Virus record (IMG/VR): IMGVR_UViG_3300013004_000034
Strand: one strand, 5' to 3'
Length of the DNA: 64,000 bases
From: a virus
Lineage: Duplodnaviria > Heunggongvirae > Uroviricota > Caudoviricetes
Part shown: positions 24,338 through 33,885 of the stretch, in pieces
Layout of the letters: each line of letters starts with the position of its first letter
Position numbering within the stretch: the stretch's first letter is position 1
Notes under the pieces: generated by a model
Told to the model about the DNA's origin: nothing
Databases searched by the model: none
The model's input: the letters and a program-made list of their open reading frames with translations, nothing else
Made by a program: the position numbers and the translations under genes

Positions 24338-25410
24338 TAGGTTTCTACTGTAATAGCTTGATTATACAAATCCGTGATCAAGAGTTCCAACTTACCTTTG
24401 ATCTGAGTAGGGACTTGAACTAGTCCGATATGCTTCCTAAACACATCTAGAGTACTTTCTGCTTCAATTGCCATTGTTTCATCATCCTCAAGATTCAAAT
24501 TCAAATGGTCCTCAACAATCTGCATACCGAGAGGGCCACTTTTATCTAGCCTATCACAAAACATATCAAACCAATATGGATTGGTTTTGTTCTGCACAAT
24601 TAGCTTGACATACTTACCGTGGACAGAAGCTTCATCAAGTTGCAGTACTTGATCTAATTCCTTGCCCTTATCATCATACCACACCTTTTTGAACATGGTA
24701 TATGGATTAGGGATGAACTCTAATTCTTGTGTCTTGAGATCAAGAATGTGAAACCCGCGGGGATCATCATAATCAGACCAAGTAAACTCGCCGTGAGAAC
24801 CAACGTAAGTAATACTACCATCACTAGAACGATGATGGAAGTGACCAGACAGTGTAGTATTAAACTTGTCAAATAAGTCCCGATTTTCACCATGAGATGA
24901 TATGCTGCCTCTATACATTTCAAAGCCTGAAATTTCAAGGTGACCCATGCAGACATTGGTTTTACTTTCCTTCAGTAGCTTCATACTCTTTTCACGGTTT
25001 TCGTCACATATCCATGGTAGAAAAAGAGTATTATAGCCACAAAGATTAACCTCTTCAGGATCAATGTAGCAGTTGATGTTAGGATAGTTTCCATCAACTA
25101 GTTCTGTAAGTGCATTGACTCTATTTGTGTTCTTATAATAGCAGTCATGGTTACCTGCTATTATATGTGTGTTGTACTTACCAAACTGTAGCTTGTCCAG
25201 GAAGTCTGCTCTGAGTCGATTAGCAGTAAGGTAACTTATATGCTTTCGGCGATCAACCAAATCGCCTAAGTGCACAACGTCATGGATGGATTTAGATTTA
25301 AGGGTATGAAAGAACACGTCCGCCATAAACTTCTGTGCCATGTCCATGAAGGGCACAGAATCGCCTCTAACACCCCAGTGAGTATCTGCTATAATTGCTA
25401 CTTTTGTCAA
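24337..25410 (-). CDS. 47: recombination nuclease subunit (gp47 / SbcD-Mre11-like)
   Basis: Calcineurin-like phosphoesterase motifs ADTHWG and GNHD. Confidence 0.75.
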   Translation of the reverse strand: MTKVAIIADTHWGVRGDSVPFMDMAQKFMADVFFHTLKSKSIHDVVHLGDLVDRRKHISYLTANRLRADFLDKLQFGKYNTHIIAGNHDCYYKNTNRVNALTELVDGNYPNINCYIDPEEVNLCGYNTLFLPWICDENREKSMKLLKESKTNVCMGHLEISGFEMYRGSISSHGENRDLFDKFNTTLSGHFHHRSSDGSITYVGSHGEFTWSDYDDPRGFHILDLKTQELEFIPNPYTMFKKVWYDDKGKELDQVLQLDEASVHGKYVKLIVQNKTNPYWFDMFCDRLDKSGPLGMQIVEDHLNLNLEDDETMAIEAESTLDVFRKHIGLVQVPTQIKGKLELLITDLYNQAITVET

Positions 25411-25413
25411 CTG

Positions 25414-25935
25414 TTAGACCTCGACAAATTTCTCTATACCTACTATCTTATCCTTCTTTTTTGACTTTGTCAACTTATTTTCGAAGTTTGCAATGATATC
25501 ATTGGACAAGTCGTTACTTTTGATTTGCATACCACCGCCTGTATCACCGTATGATGCTTCATCCATTTCACCTGACAAATACGAGTACTGTACATTTTTA
25601 TGCTTGATGTACTGCTCTCGCTTCTCATTACTAATTCTACGAATGAAGGCATTCCATGCAATCTGTGTAAAGTAAGCAAAAGGATTGTTTGTCCTATTGG
25701 GATCAAACAGAAGTACTGCCTTGATGCAATTTTCAATGCCATCAGAGATCATTTCATCCCTGAACGAGTAACCAACGAAGTTCGGCTTTGTGGAGAGCCG
25801 CTCGCAAATTTTGAAGATACACATACCGATGTACTCTGAAATCCTTGCGAGCGGTTCCTTCTCCACCTTGGCCCGATAGTCGACGATGGCCTGGTAGAAG
25901 TCCTTGTTGTTCACGTAGTGCCGCTTTGCTGCCAT
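25414..25935 (-). CDS. 55: late sigma factor gp55
   Basis: Matches T4 gp55 as I recall it: YVNNK...AI.D, NF.GYSF, SDGIE, NPFAYFTQIAWNAFIRRI. Confidence 0.8.
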   Translation of the reverse strand: MAAKRHYVNNKDFYQAIVDYRAKVEKEPLARISEYIGMCIFKICERLSTKPNFVGYSFRDEMISDGIENCIKAVLLFDPNRTNNPFAYFTQIAWNAFIRRISNEKREQYIKHKNVQYSYLSGEMDEASYGDTGGGMQIKSNDLSNDIIANFENKLTKSKKKDKIVGIEKFVEV

Positions 25936-25989
25936 TGTAGTTGACTTTCTATGATGTTTATGGTATAAGAGAGCTATGCATCAAATAAA

Positions 25990-27432
25990 CTATATGTCTA
26001 TGTTATAGACTTTATACCTGAATTTTTCACTATTGTAAATCTTTATCCTTGCCACAAAGTGGAGAAGTGTATGATTTTTGGATGACTTCCACGATAAGTC
26101 ATCAGCAATATCGTATAGAGTGGCAGTAGACTTTGTATCCGAAGTACGAAGCCCTCTACCGATAGACTGTAGATTCCGAATCCTGGACTTTGACGGACTG
26201 GCAAATACTACATTTGAGAGATTCTTGATGTTGATACCTGTCGAGCTAGTACCGTATGATGCCACAATGATAGCATCTGTTTCGGACTCGATGATGTGTC
26301 TAATCTCTTCTCTCTTGTTGCCATCCACTTCACCAGAGATGAAGAATACCCTGCGTTCGATAGCATCTTTAGCTATCATGTCGTGAAGTACTTTCCCGTG
26401 CTTTTCTACATACTGAAAGAGCAGTAGCGTATTGCCTTTGAGAGATAGAGCAAGGTTCTTGATGAACTTATTCCTAGCTTCAGATCTAACAAGAAAGTCC
26501 ATCTCAGCTTGGTATTCAGCCTTGCACATGGTTTTTCTTGTGACTTCTGGATACTTCAAGAGTAGCGCTTTGATTGTAAGTTCTGCTAAGTGCTTTTGTT
26601 CCATCAAGTCGGCGGTGGTAGTTACCTTCTTGACTGCACCGAATAGACCTTCTAGAACAAGCTTATGGGTTTGAGTACCATCAAGAGTTCCAGTAAATCC
26701 AAATCTATGCTTACAAGTATCCATTGCAGATAGGATGGAAGTAAGTGACTTTGCTTTGAATAAGTGGGCTTCGTCACCTATGACTAAGTTGAATTGTTGG
26801 AACCACTTCTTCGGAAGCTTATAGATGGATTGCCATGTTGACACGACAAACGGCTTGTCGGTATCTTTTTCTTCACCTGACATGATCTTATGAACCATAC
26901 CTTTTGGTAGTCCGTAATCTTCAAAGTCAGAAGCCATCTGATGTACAAGTGAAGTTGTAGGAACAATGACGAGAGTCTTTGTTCTGTAATAGCAAGCAAG
27001 CAGATAGATGATGAGTGACTTACCGGATCCTGTAGGTGAGAGTAGAAGTGACCTACGATTTCGGACCGCATGCACAAATGCATCTATCTGATAGTCTCTT
27101 GGATAGTGCTTTGGGGCCAATTTCTTTATAAAGGCTTCGGCCTCTATTCTGGAAAATTCTGTTGCACCAAAGTCTCCATCTAGTATCAGTTCATATTCTC
27201 TGCTAGCACAGAATTGTTCTAGATGGGGTAACAAACCGGTGTATAGTAGTCTAGTCAGCTGATTGGCTAGACGTATCTTTCCATCCCATACTCTATTCTT
27301 ATAAGCAGGAGAGAACTTTGCGCCTGGTACATCAAACGTAAAAAAAGTAGAAATTTCCATCATTAAACTTGGTTCACAGTCAAGTTTCATATAAACTTCA
27401 TTGTGTTTTCTTATAATTATTCTTTCCATCAC
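25990..27432 (-). CDS. uvsW: SF2 helicase (UvsW-like)
   Basis: Walker A SPTGSGKS and motif II GDEAH, in the T4 position next to uvsY. Confidence 0.6.
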   Translation of the reverse strand: MMERIIIRKHNEVYMKLDCEPSLMMEISTFFTFDVPGAKFSPAYKNRVWDGKIRLANQLTRLLYTGLLPHLEQFCASREYELILDGDFGATEFSRIEAEAFIKKLAPKHYPRDYQIDAFVHAVRNRRSLLLSPTGSGKSLIIYLLACYYRTKTLVIVPTTSLVHQMASDFEDYGLPKGMVHKIMSGEEKDTDKPFVVSTWQSIYKLPKKWFQQFNLVIGDEAHLFKAKSLTSILSAMDTCKHRFGFTGTLDGTQTHKLVLEGLFGAVKKVTTTADLMEQKHLAELTIKALLLKYPEVTRKTMCKAEYQAEMDFLVRSEARNKFIKNLALSLKGNTLLLFQYVEKHGKVLHDMIAKDAIERRVFFISGEVDGNKREEIRHIIESETDAIIVASYGTSSTGINIKNLSNVVFASPSKSRIRNLQSIGRGLRTSDTKSTATLYDIADDLSWKSSKNHTLLHFVARIKIYNSEKFRYKVYNIDI

Positions 27433-27863
27433 ACCCCTGACAAATACTTTATAAAGTCGATTGCGTTTTTAATCAAGAAGTTCCTATTGTGTAGAGACTT
27501 AATGATGGACTCTAGAAATTCTACCTTCTCTCCTTGCATCCCGATCTTGAGTGATAAGTCGATGATGTCATTATCACTCTCAATATACATGGGTATGTCT
27601 GCTTTAAGGATAATTCCTCGTGGTGGTAGTTCCCAGCCGAGTTTTTTGGTTTCCTCAGTATGACCTTGACTGTAAAATTCATACTTGGAAAGTCTAAGCT
27701 GCTTCATCTGAGCATCTAGCTTCTTGAGAGAAGCCTTTTCGGACACTAACATCATATAATACTTATGATGTAGCCTAGGGATCTTTAGACTTTCATTGCC
27801 GAGATCAGTCTTGTCAATCTCACTGTCGGTCTTCCATTCGTCAAAGATATCTTCAAACTTCAC
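27429..27863 (-). CDS. uvsY: recombination mediator UvsY
   Basis: 144 aa with segmental similarity to T4 UvsY, including the C-terminus IDFIKYLSG. Confidence 0.55.
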   Translation of the reverse strand: MKFEDIFDEWKTDSEIDKTDLGNESLKIPRLHHKYYMMLVSEKASLKKLDAQMKQLRLSKYEFYSQGHTEETKKLGWELPPRGIILKADIPMYIESDNDIIDLSLKIGMQGEKVEFLESIIKSLHNRNFLIKNAIDFIKYLSGV

Positions 27864-27925
27864 AACTAGTCCTTTACCACCAAAATATATGACATAATAT
27901 CATACATTCTGACAGTTGTAAATTG

Positions 27926-28435
27926 CTAAATGACTTTAGTTATATCATAAGTGACATACCTAAATGTAGCTGAAGCCTGGACATAGTCGACATCTGATGA
28001 TGTTACGTCAAAGTTTATGCCGGATAGCTTTATAGGAAAGGCATCTTTGAATGTAACTGAATAGTTTGCATTCCTATTGCTTGTCAGTACTGTAAGAGTC
28101 ATATCAGAGCGGATACCTTCACCAGTTGTACTGATTTTCTGTGTGAGAGTTTTATATTCGTCATATGACCTCTTACCTAAAGCTCGGAGCCATTCATGAA
28201 TCTCCATGTAATTCTTTAGGTCTTCATCGACTTTAAAAGACAAATCAAGCTCATCGTAGAGCAGATGATCACCCGGATATGGAACTCTGATTAGAGGATT
28301 GCTTACATCAATGTCAGGCAATGAAAGTCCAGGTAGATTTACTCCCTGAACAAAGAAATTCACGTGAGGTGCTCTCTTTATAGCAAACTTGAAGTTGATA
28401 GGTGAGAGAAAGTTCTTGTTAGTTATACCTGTCAT
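27926..28435 (-). CDS. tail-tube/baseplate-tube family protein (gp19/gp54/gp48-like paralog)
   Basis: The pattern FKFAIKRAPHVNFFVQGVNLPGLSL resembles the tail-tube fold family. Confidence 0.35.
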   Translation of the reverse strand: MTGITNKNFLSPINFKFAIKRAPHVNFFVQGVNLPGLSLPDIDVSNPLIRVPYPGDHLLYDELDLSFKVDEDLKNYMEIHEWLRALGKRSYDEYKTLTQKISTTGEGIRSDMTLTVLTSNRNANYSVTFKDAFPIKLSGINFDVTSSDVDYVQASATFRYVTYDITKVI

Positions 28436-28549
28436 GACAAACTCCTTTGATCAATATTTATTCTCAACAAAAAGGGAGCTAACTGCTCCCTTTAAAGTTG
28501 GATCCAGTTAGCCGGCACATAAGGCCTCTGGACTTCTTATTGATTGTAT

Positions 28550-29179
28550 TTATATAGCTTTTCTTTTGACCCATGCTGCTTTTCTGGATTCAGCTTGTCT
28601 AGCTCTAAACTCCGGGTCTGACCATATCTGTTTAAACCGCTCGGAGTTTTGTTGCTTCCATTCATCCGTATGAGGCTTCTTTTTAATACCAGTCAGTGCA
28701 GCTTTATGTTCATCACTCATGCCACCGCGTTCGGCAAACTTCTTTTTCTTTGCTTCAGAGATAGCTGCAGCCTTTTCAGGTGTGCAAGGGATAGACTTGC
28801 CTTTCTTAGCCGCTGAAATTTTTTCACCAACAGTTTTGCTAGAATCAATATCAGACCACCATTGATTTTGTGTTCCGAGCTTAATGTTATAATATCGTAC
28901 ATTTGTTCTAGATTCGGCAGTAGTATTTCTTGGTGTTGTCTTATTTGGATCAATCATAGACAACCAGCGCTCTTCTTCTATAAGAAGATCTTTTCTATTT
29001 GTATAGATCCTCTTGACTATTCTACGTTTAAAGTCATCAGATCTTCGATTATATGATTGTCTCATCATCCGAGATGAGCAAACATAACCATCATTTTCAT
29101 TACCCCAATGAGAACCTACGTAGTATCTTTTGTACTTTTTATCAAACCAAACATAGATAAAGCCATATTTTTCAGACAT
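28550..29179 (-). CDS. putative GIY-YIG-like homing endonuclease (freestanding)
   Basis: N-terminal GFIYVWFDKKYKRYYVGSH fits GIY-x10-YVGS. It is a paralog of 42842..43477 and sits where T4 segD lies, next to gene 23. Confidence 0.4.
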   Translation of the reverse strand: MSEKYGFIYVWFDKKYKRYYVGSHWGNENDGYVCSSRMMRQSYNRRSDDFKRRIVKRIYTNRKDLLIEEERWLSMIDPNKTTPRNTTAESRTNVRYYNIKLGTQNQWWSDIDSSKTVGEKISAAKKGKSIPCTPEKAAAISEAKKKKFAERGGMSDEHKAALTGIKKKPHTDEWKQQNSERFKQIWSDPEFRARQAESRKAAWVKRKAI

Positions 29180-29277
29180 AAAAAAACTCCTAAAGTTTCC
29201 CCTAGGAGTATTTTATACTAATTCTATGATAGGAGATATGACAAAATAGTATATCTCCTATCTAGAAAAGTGATACC

Positions 29278-30657
29278 TCACATAAGGTTATTAACGATTA
29301 CGCGGCGGTAGTACTTGTTGGTATTGATTGTCAGTGCGCCCGAACCGACGTCGATGCCCTGAGCAAATGGGTTAGCAACCATGCCGTACCTGGTCTTGAA
29401 ACCAATCTTAGGCTGGAATGTGCCCTGATCAACCGCACGTACCATCTGTAGAGGAACGTATGGGCAGTAGAAGATACCAGCGTCGAATGCGCTAGAACCC
29501 TTATAACCAACAGTCAGGTAGTTACCACCGATTGCATATGGATCGATGTAGACCTTCAGACGGCCATTCAGAACACCGGCAAAGGTATTACCTGTATCGT
29601 CAACCTGTAGGTTGTTGGAGTTTAGAGCAGGAGCGTAGTCAAGTACACCTGCCATCTGCAGAGCGGATGCTACGTCAGAAGAGCAGATAACAATGTTACC
29701 CTTACCACGACGAGTCTGCTTAGCAATCTGGTTAGCTTCACGCTCTAGCTGGAACATAAGGCCCTTGAACTTCTCAACTGACCAACGGCCGTTAGAGTCT
29801 GTATCAAGGTCGAATACACCTGCAGTTGTTACGTTGTCCTGTGCACCTGGGACAGCGGTGATGTTGATTGTACGAACAACTTCACGGTTGATTTCAGCAA
29901 GGATTTCAGCAGACAGAATGTTTGAAAGTTCTGTTTCTGCATCAAGGCCGTGGATTGCCTTCAGGTCCTGTGCCAGTTCCATGGTATATTCTGCCTTGAG
30001 CGCACGTGACTTTGCGGTCACTGTAACCTTCTCAATTGAGAATGCCATTGAAGCAAACATTGTATTGCTGTCAGCACCTAGAGCTTCTGCCTGAGCTGTG
30101 CTCATGCCTGTACCGGTGTTATAGGTATTAACCGCAGAGAGACCGCTGGTGTTGCTGTCGCCTGGGATTGATCCAACAAACTTCTGACCGAAAGTATTTG
30201 CGCCAGATACAACAGATGAGAATGAAGTATTAACTTCGTTGAAGAATGTCTCACCACCTGCCAGAGCATTAGCAGTTGTTGCATTAGCAGCATAACGTGA
30301 GCGCATAGCAAAGATAAGGCCTGTAGGACCAGTCATTGGCTGTGTGCCGCAAACATCATAAGCAATCAGATTAGGCATTGACCTACGAACCAGGCTGATC
30401 AGTACTGGATCAAACGTGTCGATAGCACCCGAACCAGCAGTTGAGCTTGAACCACCCATGTTGTTCAGAGGTACGTTGGATACAGTTTCCATAATAGTCT
30501 GGAACTGGCCGTGTGCAGCAGACTCACGGAGAGCCCTTTCTGTGTTCTCTAAGAGAACAGCGGTAACTGAACGCCTGTGAGCATCCTTGATTGGCGCCAA
30601 ATCAGCGTGCTCAAGAATAGGAGCCCACTTCTTTTGAATTTCTTCCTGTAGATACAT
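29278..30657 (-). CDS. 23: major capsid protein (gp23-like)
   Basis: Size and position after the scaffold/protease genes, with a T4-type late promoter 28 nt upstream. Confidence 0.75.
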   Translation of the reverse strand: MYLQEEIQKKWAPILEHADLAPIKDAHRRSVTAVLLENTERALRESAAHGQFQTIMETVSNVPLNNMGGSSSTAGSGAIDTFDPVLISLVRRSMPNLIAYDVCGTQPMTGPTGLIFAMRSRYAANATTANALAGGETFFNEVNTSFSSVVSGANTFGQKFVGSIPGDSNTSGLSAVNTYNTGTGMSTAQAEALGADSNTMFASMAFSIEKVTVTAKSRALKAEYTMELAQDLKAIHGLDAETELSNILSAEILAEINREVVRTINITAVPGAQDNVTTAGVFDLDTDSNGRWSVEKFKGLMFQLEREANQIAKQTRRGKGNIVICSSDVASALQMAGVLDYAPALNSNNLQVDDTGNTFAGVLNGRLKVYIDPYAIGGNYLTVGYKGSSAFDAGIFYCPYVPLQMVRAVDQGTFQPKIGFKTRYGMVANPFAQGIDVGSGALTINTNKYYRRVIVNNLM

Positions 30658-30684
30658 AATTTTTCCTTTCTGTAAGGTTTGTTT

Positions 30685-30692
30685 TATTTATA
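30685..30692 (-). promoter_or_regulatory. T4-type late promoter TATAAATA (gp55-dependent) upstream of the major capsid gene
   Basis: The reverse complement of TATTTATA lies 28 nt before the ATG. Confidence 0.45.
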
Positions 30693-30697
30693 AACTT

Positions 30698-31732
30698 TTA
30701 CTTCTTGACAGTTCTAGAGATGGCCTGTACATACCTGTTAACCGATGGGTCAGCAAATACGGTAGGAGCTGATGTGTCACCCTCAAAGGTCTCTTCTTCA
30801 AGGTTGGTCTTTGCTGTTGACTTCACAAAGTAATTCTCCTTTACCATTGAGAGCTTCTTTGTATAAGTTTCCAAGTCACCGTCAAATTCAAGACCTTCGG
30901 CTAGGGCAAAGAACTTTTCGGTCTGGTTCATTGTCAGACCTTCGGCAACATTTGAAATAGCATCCTGCTTCATTGACTCAGATACAAGGCCCTTAAGCTC
31001 TGCATTCTCTTCAATTGCTTCAGACAGACTTGTTTCAAGCTCTTCAACCTTGGTGGCCATAGCTTCAAGTACGTCTACCTTATCCTCAGGTACATCAATA
31101 TAGTGTTCTGCAAAGAGGCCCTTGAGTCCGTCAATGAACCCTTCCATGATCTCGTTGCGTAGAGCAGATTCAACGGCAACTTCATTTGAATCCATCCACT
31201 TTTCTACTACATAACTCAAATATGAGTCTAGTGCTGTCTCGATTGAATCAACTGCGGTTGCAATTTCTTCATTGAGCTTCTGTTCAAACTCTTCTTCAAG
31301 CTTGACAAGCTCTACTGTAACCTTGGCATTAACCGCGGCTTCAAATAGAGTTGTAGCCTTATCCTTGAACTCTTCTGAAAGTTCTTCACCTACAAACATT
31401 TCCTCAACATCTTCACGAACATTGAGCTTAGGCATTGCGTCGCGAGTCTTAGGACCCTTGCCGCCCCTCATATCTACAGTCGACTGATTAGCATCAGATG
31501 ATGCGCCAGCTGGTAGTGATGATGCTTCCTTACCAATCAAAGCCATTGCCTGCGTATACCACTTAGTAAGATCGTCCTTACGCATGGAGTGCATAGCACC
31601 AATAACTGAAGTCATTGCTTCAATCTTAGACTTTGGATTAGTATCTGGACGTGATCCAGCCTTTAGAGTATCGGAAGCAATTGATTCATCAATCTGCTCC
31701 AAATCTGAATTAATAGTATCTTCTGGATTCAT
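30698..31732 (-). CDS. 22: prohead scaffold protein (gp22-like)
   Basis: Acidic, alpha-helical and E/K-rich, between the protease and the MCP. Confidence 0.55.
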   Translation of the reverse strand: MNPEDTINSDLEQIDESIASDTLKAGSRPDTNPKSKIEAMTSVIGAMHSMRKDDLTKWYTQAMALIGKEASSLPAGASSDANQSTVDMRGGKGPKTRDAMPKLNVREDVEEMFVGEELSEEFKDKATTLFEAAVNAKVTVELVKLEEEFEQKLNEEIATAVDSIETALDSYLSYVVEKWMDSNEVAVESALRNEIMEGFIDGLKGLFAEHYIDVPEDKVDVLEAMATKVEELETSLSEAIEENAELKGLVSESMKQDAISNVAEGLTMNQTEKFFALAEGLEFDGDLETYTKKLSMVKENYFVKSTAKTNLEEETFEGDTSAPTVFADPSVNRYVQAISRTVKK

Positions 31733-31759
31733 TATAGATCTCCCTTCTTAGATTTTTAA

Positions 31760-31767
31760 TATTTATA
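31760..31767 (-). promoter_or_regulatory. late promoter TATAAATA upstream of the scaffold gene
   Basis: Same 28-nt spacing to the ATG as the MCP promoter. Confidence 0.45.
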
Positions 31768-32440
31768 CTATATTTTTCTTTGACGAGAGACCATTAATAA
31801 AGCTCTCGAAAATATCAAGCTTGCTTTTCTCAATTTCATTTGTGGTCATCTTGTGCATTTGCTTACGAGCTTCATGCAGTCTTTCTTGATACCAAGAATC
31901 ATTGGAAGCATCATAAACCCAGTCTACATTCTCCATAACACCCTTTACAAAAGCATTAGGAGCAGAAGGATCTGCTACAATATCGGCCGCAGTGGCAAGA
32001 TGAAAATCACCTTGAACTTCCATAATACCTTCTTTATTAGGCTTTAGTGTGCCCATACCACGAGAAGATACACCCAGATTAGCGCCAGACTTGAGTAGAC
32101 CTCTAGCAATATTACCCATTGGTGTATCGGTCAACTTAGCCTTACCAATGAAGTTATTACCATCTTTCTTAATCTCTGAAATAATATGTGAAACACGATC
32201 AAGATTGATTTGTGGGCCTGATGGATGCCCAAGCTCACCATATGCACGCTTATTCTTGATATGAGATTCAATATACTTATTTACCGCAGCTTCCATTACA
32301 GGGAGCTTGTAAATTCTACCATTCTTATTTGGTACTTCAGCTTGCATAAAGATGCCGCGGATATAATGGTCCTTGGTACCATCTTCCCTAGCTTCAGTAA
32401 TATACTCGATTTCTTCGGTAAGTTCTGTGATGAGCTTCAT
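31763..32440 (-). CDS. 21: prohead protease (gp21-like)
   Basis: Position, size, and a conserved HPSGP/GELGH region. Confidence 0.6.
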   Translation of the reverse strand: MKLITELTEEIEYITEAREDGTKDHYIRGIFMQAEVPNKNGRIYKLPVMEAAVNKYIESHIKNKRAYGELGHPSGPQINLDRVSHIISEIKKDGNNFIGKAKLTDTPMGNIARGLLKSGANLGVSSRGMGTLKPNKEGIMEVQGDFHLATAADIVADPSAPNAFVKGVMENVDWVYDASNDSWYQERLHEARKQMHKMTTNEIEKSKLDIFESFINGLSSKKNIV

Positions 32441-32441
32441 C

Positions 32442-32687
32442 TTATCCTCTATAACCAGCTGGTGTTACTAGAACAGCAACATTTGCAGTCATCAGATCAG
32501 TTGGCGCTTTGGATACAAAAATATACTGATTAGCTGGTATTACAAACGATGCATATTGGGTTGCAGCATTACTATATAGATTGACTTGTGCAGCTGTTGT
32601 AGCAGCAACATAGACTATAGCAGAACCATTTATTGTATTCTGTGTTGTAAGTGATATAGAATTGCCCGTAGGCTTAATGATGTTCAT
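32442..32687 (-). CDS. hypothetical head protein
   Basis: 81-aa ORF. Confidence 0.3.
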   Translation of the reverse strand: MNIIKPTGNSISLTTQNTINGSAIVYVAATTAAQVNLYSNAATQYASFVIPANQYIFVSKAPTDLMTANVAVLVTPAGYRG

Positions 32688-33664
32688 ACATTCCTACCTG
32701 TGTTAACATCTGCTGAGAAGTTAGGATACGTATTTCTTGGGGCACCCGACATATCAATGCCGCCAACATACGGTGCGGTTTGTTCTGCTTCTGGCTTTTT
32801 ACCATTGCCATAAACCATGTAATCATGGACTGCCGAAACATTATCCTTAGCAACAGCAATCTTTGCTTGCACCCATGGCTCTACAATTTGATCATCTGAC
32901 AACTGCATGACAAGATGAAGTGCTTTATTAGCAAGTGCACGTAGCTGAGTCTTTGCCATTTCAGCAGACTCATCGTCATCACCGCCAATCAATGGAACTG
33001 CTAGACTTTCATCTACGCTAGGTACCTTAGGTGCTTCAGTGCCGGCAACCTTGCCGCCCCACTTCTTCTTTAGTGCAAGTTCCCTACCAGACTTACGCTT
33101 ATCATCATCCTTGGTCTTGCTTAGGTATGTATTAACCATACCAGTTGAAATTTCATCAACCTGCTCAACTTCTTCATTGCGCTGCTTAGCATAATATGCT
33201 GCTAGAGCCATCTGCTTGCGCTTCTCAGGAGACTTACCTGCAAACTTTTCATTATCAGACTTCTGGAAGTCCTTAATCACTTTACCAGCAGAGGTCTGCT
33301 TTGTGATAACTTCCTTGAGTGACTTCTTATTGCTTGAGTCACATGAAGACATTTCATGGACGGGACAATGAGTTCCTTCTGCAGTCATATTGCACGAAGC
33401 TGCTTCATTGACTTTCTTATCGTCCGGATTCTTATATCCGTGCTTAGCATCTTTAATTTGAGCATGCTTAACATTGGTGGCCTGGTAAATGTCATCACCA
33501 TTACCTACACGATCTGCATGCTTCTCAGTCTTATGCTTCTTAACAAAATCCTGTTCTGCAGGCGCCTTAGGAGCATAATCTACACCAGGCTCATCGCCGG
33601 TTGAACCAGGAACTACCGTTGACTTCTTTACACCAGCTAGAATATCTTTAAGCGACCTTGCCAT
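32684..33664 (-). CDS. K/D/E-rich internal head / prohead core protein (gp68-like?)
   Basis: Highly charged low-complexity protein between the portal and the protease. Confidence 0.35.
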   Translation of the reverse strand: MARSLKDILAGVKKSTVVPGSTGDEPGVDYAPKAPAEQDFVKKHKTEKHADRVGNGDDIYQATNVKHAQIKDAKHGYKNPDDKKVNEAASCNMTAEGTHCPVHEMSSCDSSNKKSLKEVITKQTSAGKVIKDFQKSDNEKFAGKSPEKRKQMALAAYYAKQRNEEVEQVDEISTGMVNTYLSKTKDDDKRKSGRELALKKKWGGKVAGTEAPKVPSVDESLAVPLIGGDDDESAEMAKTQLRALANKALHLVMQLSDDQIVEPWVQAKIAVAKDNVSAVHDYMVYGNGKKPEAEQTAPYVGGIDMSGAPRNTYPNFSADVNTGRNV

Positions 33665-33665
33665 C

Positions 33666-33884
33666 TCATTCTTCCTCTGTTTCTATTTCTGTATCTTCAT
33701 TGTCGGAATCAAAAGACGGGTTAAACATTCGTTGGGCGACCTCAATCTTCTTTGTGTTGATAGCGGTATCAACCCTTGAAGTAATAATATCATTAAATGC
33801 GTCGACAAACTCTATAGGCTTTTGATCAGAACTGAACTTAATCAAGTCTGCAAGTGTGTGCTGTATTTCTGCCATGGTCATCAT
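33666..33884 (-). CDS. prohead core protein (gp67-like)
   Basis: 72 aa with an acidic C-terminus, in the T4 position. Confidence 0.35.
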   Translation of the reverse strand: MMTMAEIQHTLADLIKFSSDQKPIEFVDAFNDIITSRVDTAINTKKIEVAQRMFNPSFDSDNEDTEIETEEE

Positions 33885-33885
33885 C

